This document shows, piece by piece, positions 1-13,039 of a DNA stretch of 64,000 bases. Position 1 is the stretch's first letter. Every line of letters begins with the position of its first letter. The stretch covers positions 62,001 to 126,000 of the forward strand of contig CT867993.1 of assembly GCA_000165425.1 (NCBI GenBank), written 5' to 3'. Source of the DNA: Paramecium tetraurelia. Its lineage: Eukaryota. The notes below the pieces were generated by a model, which saw only the letters and a list, made by a program, of their open reading frames with translations, was not told where the DNA came from and did not search any database. The translations under genes and the position numbers were made by a program.

Positions 1-459
1 AATCTCATCAAAGAAAAATATACTACTTTGCAGAACAATCAGGATTATCATTTTTGTAACATTCAATTGAAACCCATTTTCGACAGTCTATGTCCTTGCA
101 TGCAAAAACAAACTATTCAACACAAACCTTCACCCATTAAAAACAAGGTGATCATCAGAAAGTCAGTCCAATAGATTAAAAAGTAGGTAAATAATGTATA
201 TAAGTAGTCTGATTAACTATCCAAAAAAGAATAGATTGACATGAGCAAACATAACAATAGTCCCAGTAACAATGGAAAGTCTAAACAGTAGATGCCACCA
301 ATTAGGTTTTACAAAGAGACCCAACTGATTAAGCCTCATCCAAGGGCATTATCAGCCAATAATCAACAACAACCTGTCAAATACTTGACTTGCTCAAGTT
401 TTATTGAGAATCCTATTGCAATCAAAACTAATCTCTTAGTTCGCAGCACTTATGAATGA
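1..459 (+). CDS. 3' end of a hypothetical protein (5' part outside window)
   Basis: Frame 1 is open under the ciliate code (NLIKEKYTTLQNNQDYHFCNIQ...) to TGA at 457-459. Confidence 0.7.
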
Positions 460-765
460 AAATCTGAAATCATCTAATTTCTCAAATGTTTAACATTTTT
501 ATTATTCAATTAGTATGAATATTCAATTCTTTATATTAACATTCAAATTGTGGTAATTAATAACCAATTTCAAAAATTCTGTAAAAATATTTAAATTCAC
601 AACTTTCTCCAATTACTAGAATTGTAACCTAAAAGTTGAAAATGTTGAGCCATCGTTTATTAATTAATATTGAATAATGAATGCAGAATTGGTGTTGTAA
701 ATTAAATTCAAAACTTAAATTATAGAATAAATTTTTGATAAATAAATTAATATTCCATCAAAAGA

Positions 766-3700
766 ATGATGTCCATTTGGCAATAAGCCATCGTAGTTTT
801 CCACAAAAACTTCACTATTTATTACCAAGAACGGTAATACAGACAAGAGTTCTTCGTGGCTCTTCTTGTCTTCGTCATCCTCCTAGTTGGAAGTAAGAAT
901 ATACAGCATATCCTTTTTAGAAGAAACTTCAAGTTCTACTCTCCTTTAAGTTGGAGCAGAATTTTTACCCATGACTCTCTTGATCAGTTCAAGGTATATA
1001 GTCACCTCAATGATATCAGAGAAGAGTGACAGATAAAAGGAGATCTAAAAAGTAACCATCTTTCATCATTTATCTTTAGATCATGGGCTTAAAACAATCA
1101 GCATACTAATTAGGTTGGTTTCTATTCAACTTTGCAAGAATTATGGCTATCTCATTCTTCTTTCTCGTTCTGGCACTGCCCACAGGCTGCTTTGGACCTT
1201 AAGAAGAGATAATCTAAGGAGATAATGAAATAGTGACAATCCATTACTTTAGTCCAATCCAAACCATTGGTAGCTACCTGTTATATGCAATGGGATTGAC
1301 AGCATAGCAATATTTCTTAACAACGTTATTCGACCAACCTAAAAATGGAGCTGATGTGTCAATGCTACTTAACATATTCGGGTCTGTGTGTTCAGGATTA
1401 CTCAGCATCCCCTACTTTCAAAAGTACTCTACTTATTTAAAATAGTCATTCCTGGATTGTAATCGTATTTGGTATTGTATTTCCAACATTTCTGTTTGAT
1501 ATTTATCCATACAATCAAATATTAGGAATCATTTCTAAAGGCACTAAACCAGCCTTAGATCCTTCTGTTTACTTTGCATTATAAGGAGCAGAAATATTTT
1601 TTTATGGAATTTTATATTTATATTTAGAATAAGTTCTATCAAACGAATATGGAACAAATAAACATCCTTTGTTTTTTATTGGAAAAAAGTATGAAATTTA
1701 AGGAGAGGATGCTTCAAATCAATTTGAATTGCCCAACATGAACAAACCTTTTATTGGTGCAACACAATCTGAAACCTAGGAAGACAATAGTTCAGCCATA
1801 TACCATGAGGTTTTCGATAATCAAAAATAAGCCAAGGTAATGTATACATATTATAGTTGTAGAGAGCAATTTCAATTAAAAATGTGAAGAAATGTTTTAA
1901 TGATCTAATGGCTGTGAATGGTGTAACACTCCAAATGTATGATTCGTAGATTCTTTGCTTGTTAGGACATAATGGAGCTGGAAAGACTACTCTCATTTCA
2001 ATATTGACAGGTCTAATTAAAAGAGATAGTGGAGCAATCACTTATTATGGAACAGACACAGAATTTGATGTTATTAGAAATTATTTGGGATTTTGCCCAT
2101 AGAAAGACGCTCTCTATGATAGTTTAAGTTGTGATTAACATCTCCACTATTATGGAAGATTAAAAGGAATCGATGAGAAGGAACTTCTAATGGAAATAGA
2201 TTAAATAATCAATAAATGCGATCTTACTAATGACAGAATGAAATTAGCAAAATAATTGTCAGGAGGAACAAGAAGAAAATTAAGTCTAGCCATTTCATTG
2301 ATAGGACAATCTAAAGTTGTATTTCTAGATGAACCTACCTCTGGAATGGATCCAATATCAAGATAAAAGATTTGGGACATTCTAATCCAAGTTAAAAATG
2401 AAGGCAGGTGTTTAGTACTAACCACTCATCACTTAGATGAGGCTGAAGTCTTATCAGAAAGATTGGCTATCATGGCCAAAGGTAAATTGCTTACTGTTGG
2501 ATCAGTTGATTTTATAAAGATGAACTTTGGAATTGGATACCATTTGAGTCTATATGATAAGACAAACAATCCATAGGTTTGGAGTGAAAAGAGTAAGACA
2601 ATCGTAAATGTCGTTCAAAAATTCATTCCTCAAGCTAAACCAAGCAGTCAAACATCTTAAGACAGCATAGCATTCTAGGTTCCTTTTAAACTCAAAGACA
2701 AATTTTTACCCTTGTTTGAATAACTAGAAAGAGATCAATCTATTTAAGTTAACTTAATGATGAACACTCTAGAAGAAGCATTTATCAATATAGGAATGGA
2801 TGAAGAATCCTTCCTTAATAAAGCATCTGGGAAACAACTATCAAACGAAGATTCTAAAATCAACATTGACATTACAGATGAATTCAATAAAATAATACCA
2901 CCTGAATGTTTGAGTAGACCACCACAATATAATTTTGGATTGCAACTTTGGGCATGTTTCATTAAAAAGCATTATACTATGACAGCCAAAAGATATCTAA
3001 TGTGTGTGTTTATGCCATCTTTTTTTGCAGTTCTAGCTCCAGTGATTTCAAAAATAACATATAATGCAATAGAACCAACATTAGACCCTATTGTAAATAA
3101 AAAATTGGTTTACGGTGAAATTGCCTTAATTGATACTTATATCTACATATTAATTGGAGTATCCATGGCTAGTTCTTAAATTGGCAGTGCCCCTGTGGAA
3201 GAAAGAGAGAAAAAGTAGAAATATGCTTTAAATGTAATGGGATGTAGAACATTACCATATTGGTTGGGATACTATCTCTATGATATCACTATTTGTATCT
3301 TTGTGCTGATTATATTCATCATAGCAGTAAATATTTGTGATGTTCAAGCACTTAACAATGCAAATGTCTATGGACTTGTATTTTGTTGTTATTTAGCATA
3401 TTTACCTCTTGCTTATATATTGTCATGGCTATTTACATAATTTTTATCAGCTGTTAGATCCTTAGTTTTGCTTCAAATATTTGGATTCTTTTTGATTGCC
3501 TCCGTAATTTACGTTTTATGTTTTAAATTCGGGGCTATCCTTTGGATTTTATCATTCTTGTGTCCTTCATTAGCTACATTTAGTGGATTCATAACTGTGT
3601 ATAATAAAATAGCAGAAGATACTAATGAAAATGATATAAGTTCACCATTCTAAAAAGCTTATTCTTTTATTTTTATGATTATCATGATCTTTTAAGCTTG

Positions 3701-4896
3701 TCTCTACTTTTTCATCACATACTTAATAGATAATAGAGAACTCTTGGCTGCCAAATCTGGAGGGGCTTTAAGTGTTAATTAGGATGAGGATGTTATTCAA
3801 GAGGAAAAAAGAGTTGAGAACCAAATTAGCTAAGATAGAATAATTGCCAAGAAAATATCTAAAACTTATGCTAATGGATTTCAAGCAGTAAAGGGCACTT
3901 CATTTGGAATAGAACCTGGATAAATATTTGGATTATTGGGCCCCAATGGTGCTGGTAAGTCAACCACATTCAATATGATTACCTCTAAATTAAAGCCATC
4001 TACAGGGACTATATTATTAGAAAATTAGGAAGTTAAAAAAGGGTTGGGGGATGTGTATTAGAATGTTGGAATTTGTCCTTAATTTGATAGTCTTTACGAT
4101 ATAGTGAATGTTAGAAGACATCTATAAATTTGGGCTTATCTCAAGGGTTTGAGAGGAGATGAAGTGAATTAGACAATAGAATACTTTATGAAAGTGATGC
4201 AATTGACAGCTTATGAAAATACATTAGCCTCATAGTTGAGTGGAGGTAATAAAAGGAAATTATGTGTTGCTTTGGCTTTGATGGGTGGAACCAATATGTA
4301 ATTTTTTGATGAACCGTCATCTGGAGTGGACCCAATTGCAAGAAGATTTTTATGGAATGCCATACAATAAGGAGTCAAGTTAAGGTAGAGTTCTGTTATT
4401 TTAACCACTCACACTATGGATGAGGCTGAAAGTCTTTGTAATAAGATTGCAATCTAAGTTAATGGCAGATTTGCATGTCTAGGATCAGTTCAACATTTGA
4501 GAGCCAAATTTGGAGATGGATATCGAGTGGTGATTGAACCAACAAATAATATGGTAATTAAATTAATAATATTGTTAGGACAAAGCAGAGTTAATTGCTT
4601 AGGAGATCACAAAGTATTTTGGGAATATCTACATAATGAATGATACCCACACGGGCAAAATAATTTGTAAATTCCCTTTGAAAGGTTTCCAATTCCATTA
4701 GACTTTTTATTTCTTTTAAGAAAAATTACAAAAGGAATTCAATTTGATTAAGGATTTCTAAATAAGCCAACCTAATTTGGAATAGATCTTTATGTAATTT
4801 GCTGCATAATAAATCATGGAGCCTGAAGTTGAAAAATAAGCACCCCCCAGTCGTTTCCATGTAGTTGCATTGTGCGGTAACGATGAGGATGATTGA
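766..4896 (+). CDS. ABC transporter, ABCA subfamily (full-size, two NBDs), several tiny introns
   Basis: Walker [10 protein letters not shown] and GPNGAGKST; signatures [10 protein letters not shown] and [21 protein letters not shown] and [21 protein letters not shown] and [14 protein letters not shown]-type [13 protein letters not shown] and [12 protein letters not shown]. Confidence 0.95.
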
Positions 4897-4996
4897 GATT
4901 ATATATTTTTATGATATTATATTTTCATACCATAATAATATAGGAATATCAATATTAGAGATTTCAAACATTAATAAATTAAAAACACTAAGAAAT

Positions 4997-6421
4997 ATGA
5001 AGATAGGTATAGAATAAATTAAGTAAAGTAGCCCCTATTCTTTATGTGATACTTTAAGGAAGCACTTTAGTGATAAATAGCATCATTAATCCTCAATTCT
5101 TCGATTTTTCAACAATTTCTTTTTATTATTTTGCTTTTGTAATGATATTGTCCTTGATATTTTATGCTTTGACTTCTTTGAAAGATGTAAATAGCAATTA
5201 TAGAATTAGCCTGGCTATCTTATAATCAGAAGTCCTAGCAATACGGATTGTTCAAATTAAATGACACAAAAACGCAAAATATTTTAATTTTAAGCCTTGC
5301 CTTCCAATGCTAGAACTTATCCAATTATTGAATAGCAAAACCCAATATAAGAATAAAAATCAGAAAACGAATAGTATTTAATTTTAAATATTTGAAAGAG
5401 AATTACCTTGTGAAGCCTCTTTAGATGTTAATCAATTGCCAGAATTTGATATGAATTAAATTCCCTCTTTTACAAAAACTCCAGATAAATATCAATCTGC
5501 TTTTAAATCAAACAACCTAGAGAAAATATTCCAAGATTTCGATTCCAAATAGCCATCCACTTAAGCCTTTTCGATTCCAAGCTAAATTGAACAAGAAACT
5601 ATAGTTCCAATCACCAATAACGATGAATAAAAGGATGTTAATACACAGAAATAAGAAGAGAAGTCCTCTCAAATTAGTAAGAGCGAAGAGAAAAGAAGGA
5701 ACAACAAACTTCAACCATCTCTTGCTATTTAAGTGCATTCTGTTTAGAATGAGTTTATAAGTGAACAATATTCCCCAGGAATGTCAGAGAGAAACAAGAT
5801 TACTCAATCAACTAGAGCAGTGAATAAGGTTCTCATAGAGAAGAGGTTCAACATTTTTGAATACATTAGATACTGTCCAATTTGTTCCATTGACCAAATA
5901 GCAAGAGCGAAACATTGTCAGTCATGTAATAAATGTGTAAGCTTGTTACGATCATCATTGTCCTTGGGCTGGCAATTGTATTGGGGAAAGGAATAGATGC
6001 GTCTATTATTGGTTTTTAGTATTTTAGATTCAAGAAATCTACTATGCGTTTATTAGCGTATTAAGTTTCAATAAACTAGTTTTTAGACGTTGCACAATCT
6101 AGAATTTGATCATTACAATCCTCTCTTAAAGTTCTTTTCAATTTACTTTTTTACAATAACTGTATTTTTTGGTATCTTGGTTACAAGATTACTGTGTTTT
6201 CAAACATATCTTTCTTTTCTAAATTTAACCACTTGTATTATTTATTATTTAGCGTAGGGGAATTTTATAGTTGGAATAAGATCTCCTATTTGTAAGAATT
6301 ATAAAGAAGGAATGGATCTCCATTTAGTTATGGATGGAGAAGCAATCTATCAACATATTGCAGATTTAAAATACCCAAATTAACTATTTGGGAATACAAC
6401 CCAGAGAGAGTTTATAAATGA
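4997..6421 (+). CDS. DHHC-type S-palmitoyltransferase (apparent +1 frameshift at ~5940)
   Basis: YCPICSIDQIARAKHCQSCNKCV, then in the +1 frame ACYDHHCPWAGNCIGERN; downstream NLTTWE..SW..ISYL and SPFS.GW motifs; TM segments. Confidence 0.9.
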
Positions 6422-6436
6422 GGAATGAAATTAAAA

Positions 6437-7414
6437 TCAATCATAATATTTTATCATAGGTTCGATTAACCATTTGTGTAAAAGAGCATCCTTAGCAGTT
6501 ATTCTTTTTCTCGGATTACTCGTAAGTAATTTATCCAGGAATTGAAATCCCAACTCACTGATGCTCTATGGTCTCTAATAAAATCCCTATTTGATGCAAG
6601 CATACAGTTCCTGTTCATTCTTCCCTTTGAAAGGATAGGCAATGGCTATCAAATGATACAGGATTATCCCTAATGCCCACATGTCCACTTCATAAGAATA
6701 GCAAACAATCTTGAGCAGTAATTCTGGCGCCATATAATTTGGAGTTCCACAAAACACAGATAATTTATTGCCGTCTGTTTAGACTGCAAATCCGAAATCA
6801 ATAAGTTTAACCACACCATTGTTTATTAATACATTATCCAGCTTTAAATCTCTATGTATGATCTATTTGCTTTGAAGATAATTCAAGGCTCTTGTCATTT
6901 GTCTAATTATCTGTTTAATGTTACTTTCCGATCTATTAGAAAGATCTCTCAAGTTCTCATCTCCCCCATATTCCATTATCAAATTTATTCCCCTCAAATT
7001 GTCAACCACTTCAATCAGCTTTATTATATTTGGATGTTCCAACTGATTCAATATGTGCACCTCCCTCTAGATATTCTACTTCCTCATCATGTTCAAAAAG
7101 CATTTCTCATAAACTTTGATGGCCACAATCAAACCATCACTTTTTCTTTAGGCCTTGTAGACCTTAGCAAATTAACCCTTCCCCAAAGTTCCTTAAAATT
7201 GGTAGTTCTTTAATTAAAACCCTGGCAACTCGCTGAAGCTATTACGAAGCTATCGATTCCTTTTAAATTAGATGTTAGATTGATTTTATCCTTGAATGTT
7301 TTGATTAAAATTAGTCGAGCTAGTTTAAGGCAAACTTATAGGAGTTTAAAGCATAGATCTTACCCTTTAAGTTCTTGTAAAACCTATTCGAGGTTGGTAA
7401 GGCAAGATGTCCAT
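6437..7414 (-). CDS. Ser/Thr protein kinase (CAMK/MARK-like), intronless
   Basis: MDILPYQ...TLGKGQFAKVYKA, VAIK, IHRDLKLDN, LIDFGF, CGTPNYMAPE, DMWALG; 978 nt open frame. Confidence 0.93.
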
Positions 7415-8189
7415 CTACCAATATAAAATTATTAATAATTCCTTAAAACCAATAAAACATATATATGAGTACTATATTTTCCCTAATTTATTCGATCTTA
7501 AAATTATGAGAATATTTATGATAATTCATTACTTGCAATAACTGTATTAAATCCTCAGTCTTCCAGGACTAAACCTCCCCCTATTCAAACAAACTAAATC
7601 ATTCACTGAATGGATTCCAAGAGCCCCTCTAAATCAATTCTACTAAGTTAACAAGATTTTATCAATACAGAAATAGTATCTACTGATTTTATCCAGTATC
7701 CCCCCTGAAAATGTTTGACCTAAGTAACACTCTCGGGATTAAAACTGAGTATTGGATACAAGTAATTCTTATCTTCCTCTTTTAAATTACCACCTACTCA
7801 AAATTCAATATTAGCTTTGCAACACTTTATTTGATTATGATATCTATTTATTTCCTTTAAATTAAGCTGTAAATTTGAAGATAGTAATTGAGATTTATCA
7901 AATTTTCTTAAACTCTCAAAATCTTCAATCAATGAATTTGAATTAATGATTAACCAACAACAATCCTATTTTCCTATAATTTCAACTTTCTTTATAGAAA
8001 TGAGGCTATAGAATATAATCATTCAATAGCATATCCTTATGATTTTTAAATATTATATGTAATTTTATAATAATGGATCTAAGTCACATTCTCCATCTAT
8101 TTTGAATTAGGAAATAATGTTTAATAAAAACTAAATTAGTGACACATATAAATCAAAATAACAATGTTTATATATTATTATACAATCAT

Positions 8190-8771
8190 TCATCTAAAAA
8201 TTAATTATCCCACAACAATGCAACAGAATGCCCAATTTGTACCCCAAAGCTAAGTTAAATTATTATTAAATTCATTTTATTTGTAACCAATAAATCCTAA
8301 AATAGGATTAAATTGATCGAGAGTAACATTGTTTAATTCAATATAAAATGGCCAGAATCCTAATATCAATACCATACTTATCAAATAATCAATGTATTTA
8401 AGCTATTTAGATATTGAGGGTGGTTTTGGAATTTTCGATTACTCAGCTTCCCACTATTTTATAAATGACTCCTAATATTCCTCATATTATTTCTTTAATT
8501 ATTCTAACAATTCCTCCTTTGGAATCAATTATCGCTGAAGTTTACTATACTTTGCAAATGTCTCAGTTGTATTCAATGTCTCAGCATCCTGTTTCATCTT
8601 TTAGACCTCTGATTTGAGAGATTGATATTGTGTGGATAGTTCTGTTTCTGGAACCTAAGGAGGCGCTTTGTTTGCAAATTGTTACTATTTCAATTCATCT
8701 TGTTTTCTCAAATAAGAAATCGCATATTTGTATATCAAAACAAAGAGCAATGTTAAAATGAGGCAACACAT
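8190..8771 (-). CDS. GET1/WRB (CHD5)-like tail-anchored protein insertase subunit
   Basis: 193 aa: N-terminal TM, coiled coil LKSEVQKMKQDAETLNTTETFAKYSKLQRQL (resembles the GET1 'EFAKWAKLxR' motif), two further hydrophobic segments ending W..CCIVVG. Confidence 0.65.
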
Positions 8772-9084
8772 TTATATTATTATTTGATGTTTATAATATT
8801 AATTGTTTATTTGCCTTAAGCATCCGAAATCTCATTAATTGAATTTACAACTGTGTAGTAGAAATCATCTATCATCACAAAAATATGAAAGAAATGCTGA
8901 CTCAGAAATGAGAACTAAGAAGAATTGTATATTCTCCTTCTAGACTTTATTATAAAAGCACTGATAATAAAATTATGAATTGAAGTGTAAAACTATTTAG
9001 ACACATAAATCAATTATAGATTTTATATTAAAAACGTAGCCATTAGAAATGCTCAATTGATTTGATGATCTATATTACCAATAT

Positions 9085-9091
9085 AAAAAAA
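9085..9091 (-). terminator. Pol III oligo-T terminator of the tRNA
   Basis: T7 run directly after the discriminator base on the minus strand. Confidence 0.75.
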
Positions 9092-9162
9092 CGTCCCACC
9101 GAGGAATTGAACCTCGAACTCGAGAGCCGGAATCTCACGTGTTACCTTTACACTAATAGGAC
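9092..9162 (-). tRNA. tRNA-Arg(CCG)
   Basis: Cloverleaf GTCCTAT-TA-GTGT-AAAGGTA-ACAC-G-TGAGA-TTCCGGC-TCTCG-AGTT-CGAGG-TTCAATT-CCTCG-GTGGGAC-G; anticodon CCG. Confidence 0.9.
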
Positions 9163-9247
9163 TTGCCTTGAGAATCATGTATTAAGCCTATATATATACT
9201 CAAATTTCATAATTTAGGGAAACTAATTATAGAATCACACTTATAAA

Positions 9248-10527
9248 TCATTATAATTCAGATTTGAAGATCTTCTGCATTCTTAATTTTTTTGGCAAAT
9301 TTTATTTTCTCTTTCTCATTATTTTGTTTTGTTTTTATTCCACCTCCAAGTTTCCTTGCTCTTACTCCACTTTAATGATTTAATTGAAGTGTCTCAAGTA
9401 TGGTTTTTCTATGGTGTTCTCCAAATCTTCCAAAGTCTGTTAACACTCTTTTCCCTCGTGAAGGTAATAACTTTGCAAAGCCTCTGTCTTATTTTAAAAA
9501 TCCTGCCATTTTTCAGAGTACGGTTTTTCAGGCGATTTCTCTCTTTCTATCCTATGTCTATGAGAAATGAAGACTGGAGAACTATTGTTACCCGCATTCA
9601 ATCTGATTATGGATTAATGGAGAGTAGTCAAATTGCTTGGAGTTACCCCAATTATGGCAGGTGTAGTTCCTACAGTAGTTGGTACAGTGGTGATTTTGGT
9701 TATACTCATTTTTTTAAGTGGAGAATGATCCTAGTTGTCGGGAGCAGTCTTGAGAGTAATGCTCTTTCTGAACATCAAGAGTTGCTGCTCTTTTGTTTAT
9801 TTCATTAATCTGTTGGTTGTTTCATGATAGAATTACAAGTATCCTTCGTTAGGAACAGATTCCTTCCTTCCAATTACTATACCTCTTTCTTTTAAATATT
9901 CCTTAAGTATATAGTATTTTTCATCAAGACTTAATTAATGCTGTTCTTTCTTTGCTCTTGGATGAGAACTATTAAAATTAAGATAAAATTCTTTAGTGTC
10001 AGTGTTTCTTGCAGTTTGGAAATTGATGGATGTAATTTTATTGAGTAGATCACTTTCTGTTAAGGTAATGTTGCGATGATTCATTCTTTCTTTGATTCGA
10101 TGGAGATTGTAATGAGTTTCGAGAGTAGCTGCTGATTCATGTACGAATTTAGTTTGCATTTCAGGTGGGAATTTGAGTTTGACTAAATCTACTTGGGGTG
10201 TTGGACAATCTTCTCTTGCGAGGTTTTCCAATTCCATTTCCAATTGTTAACTGATGGCAGCAATCTATTCATCCTAATGGTTTATGAATCTGCGACTCTG
10301 GGATTGGAATTTGAGATGCTGCATAATCTGACGAACCTTCCTGTGTTCGATGTAATTGAGTTCTTTGATGGGTTTAGAGAGATCGATGAATGTGTTCAGA
10401 TTTTTGAGGGGTTTGAGTGAGGAATCGAATTTGGCAAAATGTTAGCCAGCCCTTATTAGGATATACTGTACATCACTTTAAAAGTAGGTTTGTTGAGTCC
10501 ATACCTCTTGGGCAATTAAAAGTCCAT
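9248..10527 (-). CDS. Hypothetical protein
   Basis: Open frame under the ciliate code after removing a 29-nt intron near the start; contains track ORF 9935-10243. Confidence 0.7.
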
Positions 10528-10576
10528 TCAAAATAAATATATAAAATAAGAGTTATAAATTAGTTGAAATAATTAT

Positions 10577-12136
10577 TCATTGTTTATTAGCATCATCCTA
10601 ACCAAACTGTGACAACCCGACTTTGTTGGGGTACACTTGAATCAACTGTTAAGAACTGAATTTCTTCTTGGTTTTCTAGGGTTGTTTGTTTATATCAGTC
10701 AATTGCATCAATTTCCTTTGATTGGTAATCAGATTAATCAGTTATTGCATGAATTCTAGATTAGCATAATATAAAGTATTTGTTTTATCATTAACTAATG
10801 CAAATTAGATATCAAAAATATCTTCGTGTTTCAGGTGTTCAACTGAATCAACATTATACTAAACCTTGGGCACTGCTAACTTATCAATAGACAATTGATC
10901 ATCCTCAGTTTCTAAGTTGATATTCAATAGACATCTCGATAGCGAGTTCATTATTGAAGGAGTGTTCATAATGACTTCATCGGGTTCCACTTGAATGTCA
11001 TACTTCTTTTCATCTGTCGGTGTACTTGCAGATTGAATTTTTATTTTCCTCTACTAATTCAACATTTTATCAAGATCGTTCTTGGCAATACTCAACAATT
11101 TGTTCTTGAGTAAATTGTCCTTCCCTAGTAGTTTATTTTCTAATTACATTCCCTCACTAATTTGCATCTCTGAAATCAGTTTCTATATTTTGTCCATATC
11201 ATCTTAATTCAATTTCCTATATTTCGAAGAAGAATTTGAAGAAGTATCACTATCGTAACCTGAGTCTGTTTAATTCAATAACTCATAGAACCTCTTCTTC
11301 AAGTCAAAACGAGATCTCTTTCTATTCAATGGCCACTCCCTTTCGACTCTCTTCCATCTCTTCCCGTACTTCTACACCAACTATAGCAATTATAAATCAT
11401 CTTCAATTTTAAAAGCCTCTCTTGATATCGAAGGATCAATCGTATTGTACCAACGATCTTAAGATTACTTATCAGACTTGTTCAGGACATTGGCCATACA
11501 CTTCCAATTGATGGCCAAAGAATTATTCAAATAGTTCATTATCATGCTTTATAATGTCTAATCTTCCTGGGCTGTCCACAACAACCCTCTTTGTGTATGA
11601 TGATGGATCAATTCAGTCCAATGGGTTTTCAATTCCTTAACTGATCGATTCAATAGATTGCCTAACTCCTTCCATGAATTATGTTACACTCCCAATTTAC
11701 AAATTGTCCAAATCAAGATGCGAGATTCCTCCTACGTCCATTGTTGGCATCTCTAATTCTATTGCACATTCTCCACAATCTCCAACATAGACCTCTCATC
11801 TTCGTAACCAAAGCTTCTTAGCAAAAATTACAATCTTGGCTCGACTTCATTCACCTAAATTGGACCCATAGACTTTAGAGATTGAATAAACTATTCATTC
11901 TCGTTACGCTTTGACTTTATCAAACTCCAGAAATACGCATTCTACCCTGGATTTTGATTTTCGAAGTATTTTGTTGTCTTCCTCTAGGGACTCTTACAAG
12001 CATCAGAACTCAAAGAGAAAGAGTTTCTGCGTTTCTGTGCTTCACAATCAAACACTGAATGCCCATTGGGAATTCTTCGACGACGCAAATCAAATTTAAC
12101 CTATTACATATAAGAGCAATCTTTCTCTTAATTCAT
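10577..12136 (-). CDS. Myb-like DNA-binding protein (three repeats)
   Basis: WTQEESRIL...W..LGNLLNRS......HW; WTAQEDQTL...INWKCMANVLNKS....DRWYNTIDPSISREAFKIEDDLQLLQLVQKYGKRWKRV; 1560 nt. Confidence 0.9.
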
Positions 12137-12283
12137 TTATATATATAATATATTGGGATTATATCTATCAGTTGGGGAAAGAATTGGAATCATGAAATCA
12201 TACAAGATGAATCAGCCTAAATCTCATCATTAATTTAATTTTATTTAATTTATTCAAAATTTACCAAATTACTTTGCTATTTA

Positions 12284-12974
12284 AATGCCGCCTCCTAATT
12301 CTATTCACACTCCATCCAATCATTCACTCATCCTCCTCTTCCATTGATTCCTTGTTATCAATAAATAATTCATTTCAGCTACTTTAATTTTATTTAAGTG
12401 ACTGTTATTTAATTTAAAATGCTAATACAAGCTCCTATCCCCAGAACTAGATTTGCCATTACTCCAACCAATGTCCGACCAATCCATGTTTGTTTAGACA
12501 TGACTCCAACTCGACAATTTTCCAATCATAATAGCATCTTGAATCTGACCTAGAGATTGGATGACAGATTGCCTATCCGAGCAGTCGTTGAAAATAAACA
12601 TCCACAATCCATTATTGTCAATAGAGTTCATGGCAACTCTTTCTCTCAGAATTAATCTAATAAGGAAATACAAAATCAGATCTAAGAATTGACAAAACAA
12701 AGGGAGAATATGGCTTAAATTTTATCAGAAGCCATTCGAAAAAACAACCTTCTCCAAAAGTAGTTAGATGTACTCAATTTTATTTTAATTAGAAACTTTA
12801 AAGTGATAAAACTGAGCAGGCACTCTAATTTTAAGTGAATTTAGATTAATTCCAAGATTAAATCACTTAATTGACTAGTAGGTTAGAAGACCTGATTATC
12901 GAAAACACTTAGCTTCAAGAATCTTATTAGAGTTAGCAATTTTACATCGAGTAATTAGAATATTAAGAAAATGA
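12284..12974 (+). CDS. Hypothetical protein with C-terminal coiled coil
   Basis: MPPPNSIHTPS... to TGA at 12972, tiny intron near 12770. Confidence 0.65.
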
Positions 12975-13039
12975 TCAACTAAATATCACATAACATTTTG
13001 GATAGATGTGAAAATAGTAATAAATAAATTAATACTGTT

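Noticed and set aside
9329..9808. Long standard-code ORFs antisense to real genes (e.g. 9329-9808, 6854-7213, 27065-27559, 53788-54156)
   Set aside because: Shadow ORFs opposite genuine code-6 genes; no recognisable motifs
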